Positions 1 to 11,864 are shown, numbered from the stretch's first letter. The stretch is DNA of 64,000 bases from Nostoc sp. DedSLP01 (GCA_034530875.2 JAVRCJ020000007.1:1-64000); one strand, 5' to 3'. The notes: generated by a model from the sequence alone, not told the origin. Numbers and translations: made by a program.

Positions 1-235
1 ATTTAGGAGGCAGTGACGGGTACGTAGGGGTGTCCCCAAGTGGAGCAACTGCCGTGCAAGCAGTTCTTGAGCAGAGGGAGCAGAGGGAGGAAGATTTCAG
101 ATGATATTTACTCTCACCCATTGAATAATTTATTTTCTGGAAGTCCCCTAGACTAAGAAGCGATCGCAGTCAACCAAAGCGAAACACCCAGAGAAAACAG
201 CCTGGTGTTGAGGATAGATAATATGCCGATGCTGC

Positions 236-2581
236 TTAATTTTTGTACACTAGGCTGGCGACTACATTAGTCAAATGTGTTGCTTCAATCGGTTTGGCTA
301 TGTGCCTTTGGTAGCCTGAGGCAATTGCTTTGATTTTATCTTGTTCGCGTGCAAAGGCTGTGACCGCTACGGCAGGAATATGACCGCCTTTGTCAATCTC
401 CCACTCCCTAACTTGGCGGATAAAATCGTAGCCGTCCGCCAGTGGCATACCAACATCGCAAAGGATGGCGTCGGGTTGCCACGCAAACACCTCTTTTAGG
501 GCGTCGGCCGCACAAGCACAAGTGCGGACTTGTGCCCCCTGTTGCATGAGTACTGTGCAAAGAAGATCTCTAGCATCAGGTTCGTCATCAACCACAAGCA
601 CCCGCACATCCTGAAGCTGAAACGAGCGCGTGCCATCGGTGGATGTCATGGTTGCAGCGCTGATGTTCTCCCGATGGGCGATCGCCGGAAGTTCAATAGT
701 AAAAGTAGCCCCCTTGCCCTCGCCCTCACTATCAGCCTGCACTGTCCCGCCGTGAAGTTCGACTAAGTGACGGACGATAGCCAAACCTAGCCCCAAACCG
801 CCATACTCCCTTGTAGTCGAGCCGTCGGCTTGGCGGAAGCGCTCAAAAACATGTGGTAGGAATTCTGGTTTGATACCTACACCAGTGTCGCGCACTATCA
901 GCTCAACTACTGAGTTAACCTGCCGCAGCTGAACTTCAACCCGCCCACCTTGAGGCGTGAACTTAACAGCATTCGAGAGCAGATTCCATACTACCTGCTG
1001 AAGGCGATTTTGGTCTCCTAACACAGGTTCCACCTTGGTAAGTTGCAGTTGCAAGTCGATTTCTTTGGCTTCAGCAGCGTGACGCACTGAATCCAGGGCG
1101 CTGAGGATTACAGTAGTTAAGTTTAGCGGCTGTGGTTCGAGGCGGAGTTTGCCAAGGATAATCCGCGATGTATCGAGGAGGTCATTTACCAGTTGTGCCT
1201 GGGCTTTAGCGTTGCGTTCGATGGTAGCGATCGCTTGCTGTGTTTTTTCTTGGTTGAGTTTGCCGCCACGTAATAACTGCGCCCAGCCAAAGATGGCGTT
1301 GAGAGGGGTTCTAAGTTCGTGGGAAACAGTAATTAAGAACTCGTCTTTCAGGCGGTTAGCGGTCTCTGCCTCAGCCTGCGCTGCTTCGGCTTGTCTTAAA
1401 TTTTCGTCCCGTTGGCGCGATCGCTCTAACAGCAGCTTGGCAGAAAATTCTAAAGCTTCCCCTAACAAAGCGACTTCCTGAATCGGTGAGGGAGTGATGC
1501 GCGGATATTCACCTTTGGCAAGTGCTTCTGCGGCTATTGCAGCTGAGGCTATCCCTTGAGAAATCCATCGTGAGAGAACGAGTGCCCCCAGGCCGCTTAC
1601 CACAAGCAATACTAAGCCAGACCCAATGACCAGCCACATCGCACGGCGACCTGGACTTTCAATGTTTTCTACTGGAACGACGACGGCGGTTGTCCAGTTA
1701 GAAAAATTGGTTCGGCTGAAAGCCACGTAAACTGATGCTCCCTCCAAGGTAGTTTCGCGGTAGACTCCCTCGGTTGTTTTTGCAATTCGCTTCAAAAAAG
1801 AGGGAGTACCCGACTTTCCTATAAAGCGATCCGGATTGCGAGTCCTGGCTACAATAACACCACGACCGTCAACGACAGTACGCGTCCATTCCCCATCGAT
1901 AGGCGTCTGGCTTTTAATCAGGCTAGTGAGTGTCTGTGAGGTGATGAGGGCAGTAAGCACATAGCGTAGTTTGCCGCCGCGCATGACCGGAACGCGCACA
2001 GGGAAAGCCCATTTTCGCTTGAGACGTGAAACGGCCAGGTAACCTACTGTTGGCCTGCCTGTTTTGACAACATACCGCACGCTTTGAGGCTCATTCGCCA
2101 AAGGTAGTGGAGTACCGAAGGGACGAAAGGTGTTAAATACCTGTTGTCCGTCCGGCGTTAGCAGGATTGCAGCCAACCAAGTCGGCTGCGTCTGTACTGT
2201 ACGTTGCGCTTCTTGATAAAAGGCTTTTAAGTCACCTTGGTCGAGGCGATCGGAGGATGCTAGTGCTTGGAGTGTCCTAGTTGTACTTGCAACTTCGCGC
2301 TCTACATTTTCAGTGAGATTGCGTGCTGCTAAAATCAAGCGGCGCTCTGATGCGGCACGCTCGTTGAGTGAGAGCCTGTGTACAATAGCAACAGCAAAAA
2401 CAACAACTGGGAGTAAAGCCCCTGCCACAAGTAAGACAAGATGCCACTTCAGAGCCAGTGTCCTTGTGCCAAAAGCTTTCGGGCCTTCATTGATACTTGT
2501 TTTCTGCAAACCTACTCCCAACTGTGAGGAGAATTCGGTTTTATTCGATCTTGTCACGCTCTTTTGCTCAAAGCATACCAA
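236..2581 (-). CDS. Membrane hybrid sensor histidine kinase (Cache-like periplasmic domain, HisKA, HATPase, receiver)
   Basis: Two TM segments, H-box SHELRTPL, N-box NLLSNAVKFT, GGLGLGL, receiver VLVVDD...D; start codon uncertain. Confidence 0.88.
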   Translation of the reverse strand: MVCFEQKSVTRSNKTEFSSQLGVGLQKTSINEGPKAFGTRTLALKWHLVLLVAGALLPVVVFAVAIVHRLSLNERAASERRLILAARNLTENVEREVASTTRTLQALASSDRLDQGDLKAFYQEAQRTVQTQPTWLAAILLTPDGQQVFNTFRPFGTPLPLANEPQSVRYVVKTGRPTVGYLAVSRLKRKWAFPVRVPVMRGGKLRYVLTALITSQTLTSLIKSQTPIDGEWTRTVVDGRGVIVARTRNPDRFIGKSGTPSFLKRIAKTTEGVYRETTLEGASVYVAFSRTNFSNWTTAVVVPVENIESPGRRAMWLVIGSGLVLLVVSGLGALVLSRWISQGIASAAIAAEALAKGEYPRITPSPIQEVALLGEALEFSAKLLLERSRQRDENLRQAEAAQAEAETANRLKDEFLITVSHELRTPLNAIFGWAQLLRGGKLNQEKTQQAIATIERNAKAQAQLVNDLLDTSRIILGKLRLEPQPLNLTTVILSALDSVRHAAEAKEIDLQLQLTKVEPVLGDQNRLQQVVWNLLSNAVKFTPQGGRVEVQLRQVNSVVELIVRDTGVGIKPEFLPHVFERFRQADGSTTREYGGLGLGLAIVRHLVELHGGTVQADSEGEGKGATFTIELPAIAHRENISAATMTSTDGTRSFQLQDVRVLVVDDEPDARDLLCTVLMQQGAQVRTCACAADALKEVFAWQPDAILCDVGMPLADGYDFIRQVREWEIDKGGHIPAVAVTAFAREQDKIKAIASGYQRHIAKPIEATHLTNVVASLVYKN

Positions 2582-3177
2582 GTGATTTTTGTACTCTAAC
2601 CATTGGATTATAACTACCCATTAATCTCATAGTAGTCATAGTCCTAAAATATTTTCCTTACAATAAAATCATTCATTAAAAGCTGAGTCAGATACTATTT
2701 GTCAACTAGTAATAATACTGAAAATATTTTGAAATAGGCAGACAAGGCAGCCGGGATGAAAAATTTTTTCATCGTATGCATGTAATACCAATAGGAAAAA
2801 AGAATGCAACAAATAAACCATTTGTAGAGACGCGATGAATCGCGTCTCTACCCAAGGATGTGTTGCAATCATGAATCGAATTGATATAAGTATTTTTTAT
2901 ACGGTTTTTTATAAAAGTGCATATACAGTAGATTGAAAGTAAGTGAGAACAGGACTGATTCATCAAAGATAAAGAGTTTCTTTCTAACTCCTACCTCCTC
3001 CTGCCTCAAAACCCGTAACTTTGTACTTCATATAAATGAAAACTGCTGTATTTACCCCCCTGGCTAAGCCGCCTCCAATACTTTGGGGAACTACAGGGGG
3101 GTCTTGATTATGTGCATTTTCATACAGAATTGGTATTAAGCAATTCCAGATATTTGCTTAATCACAGGAATTCGTAA

Positions 3178-3981
3178 TTAGCGATGCACTTCAACTCTAG
3201 GAAAAATATCGCAATCTATCGGCTCACCAAGTTTTTTAGTTTTGAATGAATTAAATTCTGGTAAATCAATTTCTTCAAGAGGTCTGAAAGGCCAAGCTTT
3301 TGGACGGTTATAATAAGTAACATCATCACCAGTCCAATTTGTCACTACTGCACGTCGTTGTGTAGAAGTTATGTTAGTTACTGAATGATGAATCGTCAGA
3401 AAATGATGAATTAAGCAATCTCCAGGTTCCATATTCCAAGAGACTAATTCGTGGGGTTCTGGCTCTACAAACCACGAGGGATTCGACCCTTCGCGTAATT
3501 CTTTACCCCATTTATGAGAACCTTTAATATACTCTAATCGACCATTTTCTTCATTAGCAGGATCTAAAGTCAGCCAAATTTTACAACATTGCCAACCTTG
3601 TATAGGCCAATAAGGTAAGTCGTTATGCCATCCAACACGGCTATCTGCTTTCGGCTTTTTGACAAAAAAACCATCCGCTAAAAAGTTCAATTTTTCTGTC
3701 TTTAAAACTTGAGCCGCTAGCATTGCTAACGGAGATTCAAAAGCCAAAGCACGGAAATCAGCATCAACGAGCCATAAACTACTAGCATGTTCCACCCGGC
3801 CTTCTGGTCTTGGGGCGTTTTTCTCCTCTAGAGGGCCAGGGATTAATATATTCTTGTCAACAGCTTTTCGCAGCCTTTCTACCCAGATATCATCCACAGC
3901 ATTTTTGACGCAAATAACGCCATCTCTCTCGAAATTTTCAACTTGTTGATGACTAATTTTTGATGTGTCTAACTTAAGCAT
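3178..3981 (-). CDS. mysH: Phytanoyl-CoA dioxygenase family Fe(II)/2OG oxygenase, MysH-like
   Basis: PhyH motifs WHNDLPYWP, GSHKW, HHSVTN; sits with an MFS gene beside mysABCD as in palythine-producing Nostoc clusters. Confidence 0.72.
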   Translation of the reverse strand: MLKLDTSKISHQQVENFERDGVICVKNAVDDIWVERLRKAVDKNILIPGPLEEKNAPRPEGRVEHASSLWLVDADFRALAFESPLAMLAAQVLKTEKLNFLADGFFVKKPKADSRVGWHNDLPYWPIQGWQCCKIWLTLDPANEENGRLEYIKGSHKWGKELREGSNPSWFVEPEPHELVSWNMEPGDCLIHHFLTIHHSVTNITSTQRRAVVTNWTGDDVTYYNRPKAWPFRPLEEIDLPEFNSFKTKKLGEPIDCDIFPRVEVHR

Positions 3982-4187
3982 TTTCTCTTTTTTCAGATTT
4001 TGAAATTAAACTTTTTTGATTCGGAACTGCTAAATGTATATCAGCCGATTTCACCAAATGATTTGTTTTCCTGAAATTAATTTTGTCACGCTCTAACAAA
4101 TTTTTTTCAGTATAGGGGAGATATTTAATTAGTAATTCTTTCTATAGATGGACTATTTTTTCACAGCCATAGCTAAATAATTTCATT

Positions 4188-5630
4188 CTAACTACCGACA
4201 TCCTTTTTAATAATTAATGGTAGAAGTGACACTAGTCGTAAAATTCCAGAGACAATAAAAATTTCAGCGATGCCGAAAGACCCAGCAAATTGAGCGATAA
4301 AGCCGCCTATCGTTGCTCCTAAAGCACCGCTGGCTCCAGCAATAGCAGCTGCGATCGCAAAATAGATAGACTGATTTTTTAATGGTACAATTTCTATCTG
4401 GAGATTGTTGTTAGACAAGTCAACTCCTCCCCAATTTGCGCCAATAAAAATGTGTAATAAAGGTAACCACAACCACAAATCCAAGGGCGTAGAACCCATC
4501 AGCAGCCACAACCAAGGTATGACTGCAATGAGAGTTCCTGTAGAAATTAAAATTCGACGATTGCCAATTTTATCTGATAATTTACCCCAGACAATCAGCA
4601 TCAGCATGTGCGCCCCAGCTCGCAAGCTGTTGTAGAAAGTTACCCAGCTGACATCCAAATTAAGCGTATCTAGCAAGTAGAGGTTAAAAAATGGAGCGCT
4701 GAGGTTAACAGCAAACGTCCATAAACCGAAATAAAGCAAAAACACCAAAAAGTTAGAGTTTTGCTTAATACTACTAATTAAATCGTTTTCTGTTGTCAGT
4801 AATTGCGGTAAGGAAATTGCGCCAGATGTCTCCCCAAGTTCATTTGTTGATGAGTCTACCTCACTCTCAGTAGTTGCAGATGAACTAGCATAATAAGTAT
4901 TTTGTAATTGGGGATTCATATCTACTTGGAAATACTGAAACCCCAAGCTGACAATTCCAAAGAAAATCCCTACTAATAAAATCGCTCCATAACCTTGGAT
5001 ACTTCCCGCATACCAATGCGATACAGCTAAACCTGCTAAGGGTAAGCCAACTAACTCGGTGAAATTGGCAAGGCTGTTGCGTAGCCCGAAATATCTACCT
5101 CGCAATCTTCGCGGCACTAACATTGCTATCCAACTGAACCATGATGCAATTCCTAGTCCTGCTAAAAGATGACTGCCTACCAAAATTGAGAGCGATAAAA
5201 TTACCAGTTGTGTTGCATCTAGCCATCCCCAGCTATAGCTAATAATACCAAATACTAAAATTAGCCACAGTAATCGAGCAATTCCGTGCGTCCTTAGCGA
5301 ATACTGAAAGCGGCTGGTGCTACGTTCAGATAAGTAAGCGCCTAGCGGCTGAAACAGATGCAGCAACATGGGAATAGAGGATACCAAACCAAAGACTATC
5401 GGACTGGCATCTAACTCCACTAAAAAATTACCCAGCAAAATTGAGCCAGTGGCGATAGAGAAAAGTGCTGCGAAAATACCATCGGCAGTGGAAGCCCTCA
5501 AACTAGTGCGAATCGCATCCTTAGGAATGCGAGAGTTGGGTGTTGAGGTAGGAGAAAGCGTTGGTGGCGAAACAATTTCGGCAATTTCAACAGAAACAGC
5601 TGCGCCTGTTTCAACCGGAACAAAATCCAT
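4188..5630 (-). CDS. MFS transporter
   Basis: About 12 hydrophobic segments, MFS motif WGKLSDKIGNRR; probable start MDFVPVE. Confidence 0.8.
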   Translation of the reverse strand: MDFVPVETGAAVSVEIAEIVSPPTLSPTSTPNSRIPKDAIRTSLRASTADGIFAALFSIATGSILLGNFLVELDASPIVFGLVSSIPMLLHLFQPLGAYLSERSTSRFQYSLRTHGIARLLWLILVFGIISYSWGWLDATQLVILSLSILVGSHLLAGLGIASWFSWIAMLVPRRLRGRYFGLRNSLANFTELVGLPLAGLAVSHWYAGSIQGYGAILLVGIFFGIVSLGFQYFQVDMNPQLQNTYYASSSATTESEVDSSTNELGETSGAISLPQLLTTENDLISSIKQNSNFLVFLLYFGLWTFAVNLSAPFFNLYLLDTLNLDVSWVTFYNSLRAGAHMLMLIVWGKLSDKIGNRRILISTGTLIAVIPWLWLLMGSTPLDLWLWLPLLHIFIGANWGGVDLSNNNLQIEIVPLKNQSIYFAIAAAIAGASGALGATIGGFIAQFAGSFGIAEIFIVSGILRLVSLLPLIIKKDVGS

Positions 5631-6124
5631 AAATCTAGTACTAAAAAAAATAATAGGGCAGCATCCCAATCAGAGCGTATCTATAAAAAACCATAAAACA
5701 GTAAGGGAAAGCCGATCGCTTAAAAGTAGGAACTTCTCATCAGCTTTGCTGAGAATATGCGTATAAATACTTATTAGCAAAATTCTCTGTTTTCAAACAA
5801 GAAATCACTTGCTCTAAACCTTTATAGGAAGGTGGATAGTTGAAGGTGACGAACAATTAAATCAGTAAAAAATGGCTATGTAACCATATCTTAGTACACG
5901 TCAGTGTCAAAAAGGTTTGGAATTGAATTGTTCGTACCTGAGGTTGAGATTTTACTCTTACTTACCTCTGAAGACTAATGTTAGTATTACCAAAACTTGC
6001 GGAGGAAACCTCTGTACGATTTGGTAAATCGGCGTGAAAAAACTAAACTATTTTGCAGATGAGTAAATACGGAAAAGCCATCTACTGAGGTGAGCCGCTT
6101 AAAGCAAAATAAAATTTATAGCGT

Positions 6125-6416
6125 TACAGCGTTTTTCATCTATTTGAACCACAATTTTCGGTAGGGGCTTTACAGCTATCATTAGTGTCAACTTAGCGTG
6201 AAACCCTTATAAAGATGCGATATTCAGTTCTCTCACTTAGCATCAAGATCCGCATTACCCCACCCCGATTTTGTCTAAAGCTAAAATCGCCCCTCCCCTT
6301 GAAAGGGGGTTGGGGGTGGGGTAAAACGCTTGTGGAATAAGTGTTTGAGCTGAAGTTGACACCAATGACATCTGTGCGCCCCTACAATATGGTCTATTTA
6401 CCTGAAAATTGCTGTA
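6125..6416. mobile_element. Nested MITE/REP-like inverted-repeat element
   Basis: Outer imperfect IR TACAGCGTTTTTCA...TGAAAATTGCTGTA, middle GTAGGGGC...GCCCCTAC, inner TCATTAGTGTCAACTT (6179-6194) / AAGTTGACACCAATGA (6353-6368). Confidence 0.6.
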
Positions 6417-7217
6417 AAGCTACAGGAAACTACAGTACGCAAAGCGTTGGACTTAACTCTTACATGTCTGCTTAACATTTGTTTACATAGTTACGAGTTT
6501 TCCTGCCCACTTGTTTTTGTATGTATCCTGCCGTATCCTCTTGTCAAGCAAAGATTAGCTTTTTAAATCAAGCCTCAAACCGCTAAACCGTCAAAATCTA
6601 GTTTTTTTTGTTTCAAATCTACCTTTTGGTGTAGGTGCAATTTTTGAGAAATAGTGATACTTTAACTAATGTAAACAAGTGTCTAAGCTTTCTCAGCAAG
6701 TGAAGCCACTCTCCTAGCTTGCTTGTAAACCGTTATTCAGCTACTAAAAGTCCGCGATCCTTGAGGCTAGACATGGAAGTAACAGTCTAATAATCTGATA
6801 AAATCTATGAAGTTTTGTTGCATAAATTAAGTTAAGTTGCGAGATCCTTAAGGTTCAGCGAAGGCTTAAGGTCTTTTGCTCTACTGATGGAATGACACGT
6901 AGATGCACTTCATCTCTAGTGCTATAGTTTGTCATCTCTAAATCTGCAATCCTACTAAATTTCATTGAGATTTATAGCCGTAGTCAGATATGTTAGGACA
7001 TTTTAAAAGCTTGAATGCGAGGAATAGTAATACTTTTACCTCCAGCAAGAACTGCCCCCTGCCTCCTGCTATACATCTTTTTACTCAAGAATCACGGGCA
7101 ATTTAGTTACTTACGACATCATGTCGGCAAGTTCAGTCATTCCGTTTGAGAAGTGCTTACACTTCTAATGGCGTCAACATCAAAGTTACAGTTTCTTTCA
7201 TCTAGAGGACAAAATTT

Positions 7218-8450
7218 GTGAGCATCGTTCAAACAAAACTCCAAGCTACCGAAAACAAATTTCACGTAGAAGCTTATGAAAAGATTGAATATGAATTAGT
7301 TTATGTAGATGGTGTTTTTAATATTGCTAATCCAGAACTTGCAGAAATATATAGAAGTTTTGGCAGATGCTTGGCTGTTATCGATACTAATGTCTACAAT
7401 TTTTACGGTACTCAGATTGAGAAATATTTCCGGTATTACAATCTCGATTTGAGGATTTTTGCTCTGACTATTACCGAACCAAACAAATCTATTCAAACCT
7501 TTGAGAAGATTATCGATGTGTTCGCAGACTTCAAATTAGTACGAAAAGAGCCGGTATTAGTCATCGGTGGTGGTTTAATTACAGACGTTGTAGGTTTTGC
7601 TTGCTCTACCTATCGTCGTAGTAGTAACTACATTCGGATTCCGACTTCTTTGATTGGTTTGATTGATGCTAGCGTCGCTATCAAGGTAGCGGTCAATCAT
7701 CGGAAGCTGAAAAATCGTTTGGGTGCGTATCATGCTTCCCAAAAAGTTTTATTAGACTTTTCTTTGCTGGGGACATTACCAAAAAATCAAGTGCGTAATG
7801 GGATGGCAGAATTAGTCAAAATTGCTGTAGTTGCTCATGGGGGTGTGTTTGAGTGGTTAGAAAAGTATGGTAAAGAATTGCTTGATACCCACTTCGGCAA
7901 TATTGATGCAACTCCAGAGATTAAACAAATAGCTCATAGTTTAACTTACGAAGCCATCAAAAAAATGTTGGAGTTAGAAGTACCTAACCTCCACGAACTA
8001 GATTTGGATAGAGCAATTGCTTACGGACATACTTGGAGTCCGACTTTAGAACTTGCGCCACACATTCCGATGTTTCACGGTCATGCAGTGAGTATCGATA
8101 TGGCTTTATCTGCAACCATCGCAGCTAATAGAGGCTATATCACAACCGAAGAACGCGATCGCATTTTAGGATTGATCGGTGATTTGGGTCTAGCTCTCGA
8201 CCATCCTTTAATGGATGAAGAACTATTGTGGGATGCTACCGAGTCTATCAGCCTCACACGAGATGGTTTGTTGAGAGCCGCGATGCCTAGACCAATTGGT
8301 ACTTGCTTCTATATGAATGATTTGACACGGGAAGAATTGGCACAAGGTTTAAGAGACCACAAACAGCTTTGCGTTAACTATCCTCGTGGTGGTGAAGGTG
8401 TGGATATGTACCCCGTTTATCAGACAGAACTAGTTGGGAGTGCAATATAA
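7218..8450 (+). CDS. mysA: Sedoheptulose 7-phosphate cyclase (demethyl-4-deoxygadusol synthase)
   Basis: DHQS-like motifs [48 protein letters not shown]; first gene of the cluster. Confidence 0.93.
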   Translation: MSIVQTKLQATENKFHVEAYEKIEYELVYVDGVFNIANPELAEIYRSFGRCLAVIDTNVYNFYGTQIEKYFRYYNLDLRIFALTITEPNKSIQTFEKIIDVFADFKLVRKEPVLVIGGGLITDVVGFACSTYRRSSNYIRIPTSLIGLIDASVAIKVAVNHRKLKNRLGAYHASQKVLLDFSLLGTLPKNQVRNGMAELVKIAVVAHGGVFEWLEKYGKELLDTHFGNIDATPEIKQIAHSLTYEAIKKMLELEVPNLHELDLDRAIAYGHTWSPTLELAPHIPMFHGHAVSIDMALSATIAANRGYITTEERDRILGLIGDLGLALDHPLMDEELLWDATESISLTRDGLLRAAMPRPIGTCFYMNDLTREELAQGLRDHKQLCVNYPRGGEGVDMYPVYQTELVGSAI

Positions 8451-9286
8451 TGTCCACCACAATTGCCAAGCCCACAGCTAGACCAGTTACACCGGTAGGA
8501 ATCTTAGCAAAGAAGCTAGAAGCTATTGTCCAAAAGATTAACCAACGCACAGATTTACCTGCGGAGTTAGTTGCTAACATCACTCAAGCGTGGCAGTTGG
8601 CAGCTGGTTTAGATCCTTACTTGGAAGAATATACAACCCCTGAATCAGCCGCTTTAGCAGAACTTGCCGAAAAAACATCCACGGAAGCATGGCAAGAACA
8701 CTTTAGTGAAGGCACAACAGTACGACCTCTAGAACAAGAAATGTTGTCTGGTCATGTAGAAGGACAAACCCTGAAAATGTTTGTTCGTATGGCCAAAGCT
8801 AAAAGAGTACTGGAAATAGGGATGTTCACGGGTTATTCTGCATTGGCAATGGCTGAGGCATTACCTCCAGATGGAGTGCTGGTTGCTTGCGAAGTAGATC
8901 CCTTTGCGGCGGAAGTTGGACAAGCAGTTTTTGACAAATCTCCTGACGGCAAAAAAATCCGTGTGGAATTAGGGCCAGCTTTGGAAACCTTGGATAAGTT
9001 AATAGCAGCTGGAGAATCATTTGATTTGGTGTTTATCGACGCAGATAAAAAAGAGTACATAACTTACTTCCAAAAGTTGCTAGATACTAATTTGCTAGCA
9101 CCGTCAGGATTTATTTGTGTAGATAACACACTGCTGCAAGGAGAGGTTTATTTGCCTACACAACAACGCACTGCTAATGGTGAAGCGATCGCTCAATTTA
9201 ATCGTGCTGTAGCACTCGACCCCCGCGTAGAACAGGTAATACTCCCCCTACGAGATGGCTTGACGATTATCCGCCCAATTGCCTGA
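8450..9286 (+). CDS. mysB: O-methyltransferase of MAA biosynthesis
   Basis: LEIGMFTGYSAL, FIDADK, DNTL; overlaps mysA stop. Confidence 0.93.
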   Translation: MSTTIAKPTARPVTPVGILAKKLEAIVQKINQRTDLPAELVANITQAWQLAAGLDPYLEEYTTPESAALAELAEKTSTEAWQEHFSEGTTVRPLEQEMLSGHVEGQTLKMFVRMAKAKRVLEIGMFTGYSALAMAEALPPDGVLVACEVDPFAAEVGQAVFDKSPDGKKIRVELGPALETLDKLIAAGESFDLVFIDADKKEYITYFQKLLDTNLLAPSGFICVDNTLLQGEVYLPTQQRTANGEAIAQFNRAVALDPRVEQVILPLRDGLTIIRPIA

Positions 9287-9292
9287 TTGAGT

Positions 9293-10687
9293 ATGGCACA
9301 ATCTATTTCTGTTTCTTCTTCACCTGCTATCCCGTCTTTTCCTTCAGAGACAAAAATAGCCGTAATTATCCAAAATCTGTTGACTTTGGCGTTGCTATTA
9401 TTAGCACTGCCAATTAATGCCGCGATCGTTTTAGTAACTTTGTTGTGGCATACCATCTCGCGTCCTTTCCAGCAGCCAGCCACTAAAGCAGCAAACCCGA
9501 AAAATGTGCTGATTAGTGGCGCCAAAATGACCAAAGCTTTACAGCTAGCGCGGTCATGCGCTGCTGCGGGACACAGAGTGGTACTGATAGAAACCCACAA
9601 ATATTGGCTATCTGGGCATCGATTTTCTCAAGCTGTTGACAAGTTTTATACTGTTCCTGCGCCGCAAGACAATCCAGAACGCTATACTCAGGCTTTGATA
9701 GACATCATCAAACAAGAAAATATCGATGTCTACATTCCTGTTACCAGTCCGTTGGGTAGTTACTACGACTCCCTGGCCAAACCAATGCTGTCGGAGTATT
9801 GCGAAGTATTTCACTTTGACATAGATATTACCGAGAAATTGGATGATAAATTTGCCTTTGCCGAAATAGCGCGATCGCTTGGTTTATCAGTGCCTAAATC
9901 TTTTAAAATTACCTCTGCCGAACAAGTTCTAAATTTCGACTTTTCCCAAGAATCTTGTAAATATATCCTCAAGAGTATTCCTTACGATTCAGTACGGCGT
10001 TTAGACTTAACTAAGCTTCCCTGTGCCACTCCAGAAGAAACAGCTGCATTCGTCAGAAGCTTGCCAATCAGCCCAGACAAGCCTTGGATTATGCAAGAAT
10101 TTATTCCTGGCAAGGAATTTTGTACCCATAGCACCGTCCGGGATGGCGAATTACGATTGCACTGTTGCTGTGAATCTTCAGCTTTTCAAGTCAACTATGA
10201 AAACGTTGAAAATTCTCAAATTAGGGAATGGGTGAGGCATTTTGTCAAGGAACTCAAACTTACAGGACAGGTTTCCTTCGACTTCATTCAAGCTGAGGAT
10301 GGCAGAGTATATGCTATCGAGTGTAATCCCCGCACGCACTCTGCAATTACTACTTTCTACGACCATCCCCAAGTTGCCCAAGCCTACCTCGATAAAGAAC
10401 CGATGGCTGAAACGTTACAGCCATTGCCAACCAGTAAACCAACTTATTGGACTTATCATGAAGTCTGGCGTTTAACTGGTATCCGTTCTTTTAAGCAATT
10501 GCAAAAATGGATTGCAAATATTTGGCGGGGAACTGATGCAATTTATAAACCAGATGACCCGTTACCATTTTTAATGGTGCATCATTGGCAAATTCCTTTG
10601 CTTTTGATTAATAATTTACGTCGGCTTAAAGGGTGGACGCGGATAGATTTCAATATCGGGAAATTGGTGGAATTGGGGGGGGATTAG
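9293..10687 (+). CDS. mysC: ATP-grasp ligase (mycosporine-glycine synthetase)
   Basis: KMTKALQLAR, LDDKFAF, QEFIPGKEFC, IECNPRTHS; follows mysB. Confidence 0.93.
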   Translation: MAQSISVSSSPAIPSFPSETKIAVIIQNLLTLALLLLALPINAAIVLVTLLWHTISRPFQQPATKAANPKNVLISGAKMTKALQLARSCAAAGHRVVLIETHKYWLSGHRFSQAVDKFYTVPAPQDNPERYTQALIDIIKQENIDVYIPVTSPLGSYYDSLAKPMLSEYCEVFHFDIDITEKLDDKFAFAEIARSLGLSVPKSFKITSAEQVLNFDFSQESCKYILKSIPYDSVRRLDLTKLPCATPEETAAFVRSLPISPDKPWIMQEFIPGKEFCTHSTVRDGELRLHCCCESSAFQVNYENVENSQIREWVRHFVKELKLTGQVSFDFIQAEDGRVYAIECNPRTHSAITTFYDHPQVAQAYLDKEPMAETLQPLPTSKPTYWTYHEVWRLTGIRSFKQLQKWIANIWRGTDAIYKPDDPLPFLMVHHWQIPLLLINNLRRLKGWTRIDFNIGKLVELGGD

Positions 10688-10814
10688 TATCACGCTCCAG
10701 GCGCAGAGAAAGAGAGAGAGTAAGCACAAATAACGGATGGATGTTTCTAAAACTCCTCATTCTCTCTGCGCCTCTGCGCGAGCAATCTTTTAATATTACA
10801 TAGGAACATGAATC

Positions 10815-11864
10815 ATGTCGGCACTTCGTATCCTTCATTTAGTTGGATCTGCACAGGATGATTTTTACTGCGAACTCTCACGCCTTTACGCCCAAGACAG
10901 TTTGGCAGCAACGGCAGAACCGCGTTATGACTTCCGCATTGCATATATTACGCCCGATCGCCAATGGCGATTTCCTCGCTCTCTGAGTCGAGAAGATATT
11001 GCTCAGGCTCAACCAATGCATCTGTCTGAAGCTATAGAGTTTATTGCGGCACAAAACATTGACATTGTATTACCACAAATGTTTTGTATCCCTGGAATGA
11101 CTCAGTATCGTGCTTTATTCGACTTGCTTGAAATTCCTTACGTAGGTAATACTGCGGAACTGATGGCAATAGCAGCTCACAAAGCAAAAACTAAAGCAAT
11201 TGTGGAAGCAGCAGGGGTAAAAGTGCCTCGCGGAGAAGTGCTGCGCCGCGGAGATGTTCCAACAATTGCACCTCCAGTAGTTATCAAACCCGTAAGTTCG
11301 GACAACTCACTAGGAGTAACTTTAGTCAAAAATACCGCTGAGTATGACGCAGCACTGAAGACGGCATTTGAATATGCAGATGAAGCGATCGTCGAAACAT
11401 TCATCGCAGGTCGAGAAGTCAGATGCGGCATCATTGTTAAAGATGGGGAGTTAATCGGTTTACCTCTTGAAGAGTATCTGGTAAATTCTCCCGAAAAACC
11501 CATCCGCACCTTTGCTGATAAACTCAAAAAAACAGATGATGGCAACTTGGGTTTTGCCGCTAAAGATAATATTAAGTCTTGGATTGTAGACACTAACGAC
11601 CCGATTACTCAAAAGGTTCAGGAAGTAGCTAAGAAGTGTCATCAAGCTTTAGGCTGTCGCCACTACAGTTTATTTGATTTCCGCATCGACCCACAGGGAC
11701 AACCTTGGTTTTTAGAAGCTGGGTTGTATTGTTCTTTTGCTCCGAAAAGCGTAATTTCCTCTATGGCGAAGACAATGGGAATCTCTATCAATGAGTTATT
11801 AATGATAGCTATTAATGAGACCTTGGGCAGTAAGCTGTCTTTATTACCTTTAGCAGTTATCTAA
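10815..11864 (+). CDS. mysD: D-Ala-D-Ala ligase-like MAA ligase
   Basis: LHLVGS...SRLYA, IPYVGN, DNSLGV, DFRID, FLEAGLYCSF; follows mysC. Confidence 0.9.
   Translation: MSALRILHLVGSAQDDFYCELSRLYAQDSLAATAEPRYDFRIAYITPDRQWRFPRSLSREDIAQAQPMHLSEAIEFIAAQNIDIVLPQMFCIPGMTQYRALFDLLEIPYVGNTAELMAIAAHKAKTKAIVEAAGVKVPRGEVLRRGDVPTIAPPVVIKPVSSDNSLGVTLVKNTAEYDAALKTAFEYADEAIVETFIAGREVRCGIIVKDGELIGLPLEEYLVNSPEKPIRTFADKLKKTDDGNLGFAAKDNIKSWIVDTNDPITQKVQEVAKKCHQALGCRHYSLFDFRIDPQGQPWFLEAGLYCSFAPKSVISSMAKTMGISINELLMIAINETLGSKLSLLPLAVI

Noticed and set aside
1149..1481. Antisense ORFs in the track (this one and e.g. 5368-5766, 9193-9600, 11177-11593, 15182-15583, 23458-23919)
   Set aside because: Shadow frames of well-supported genes with no recognisable motifs
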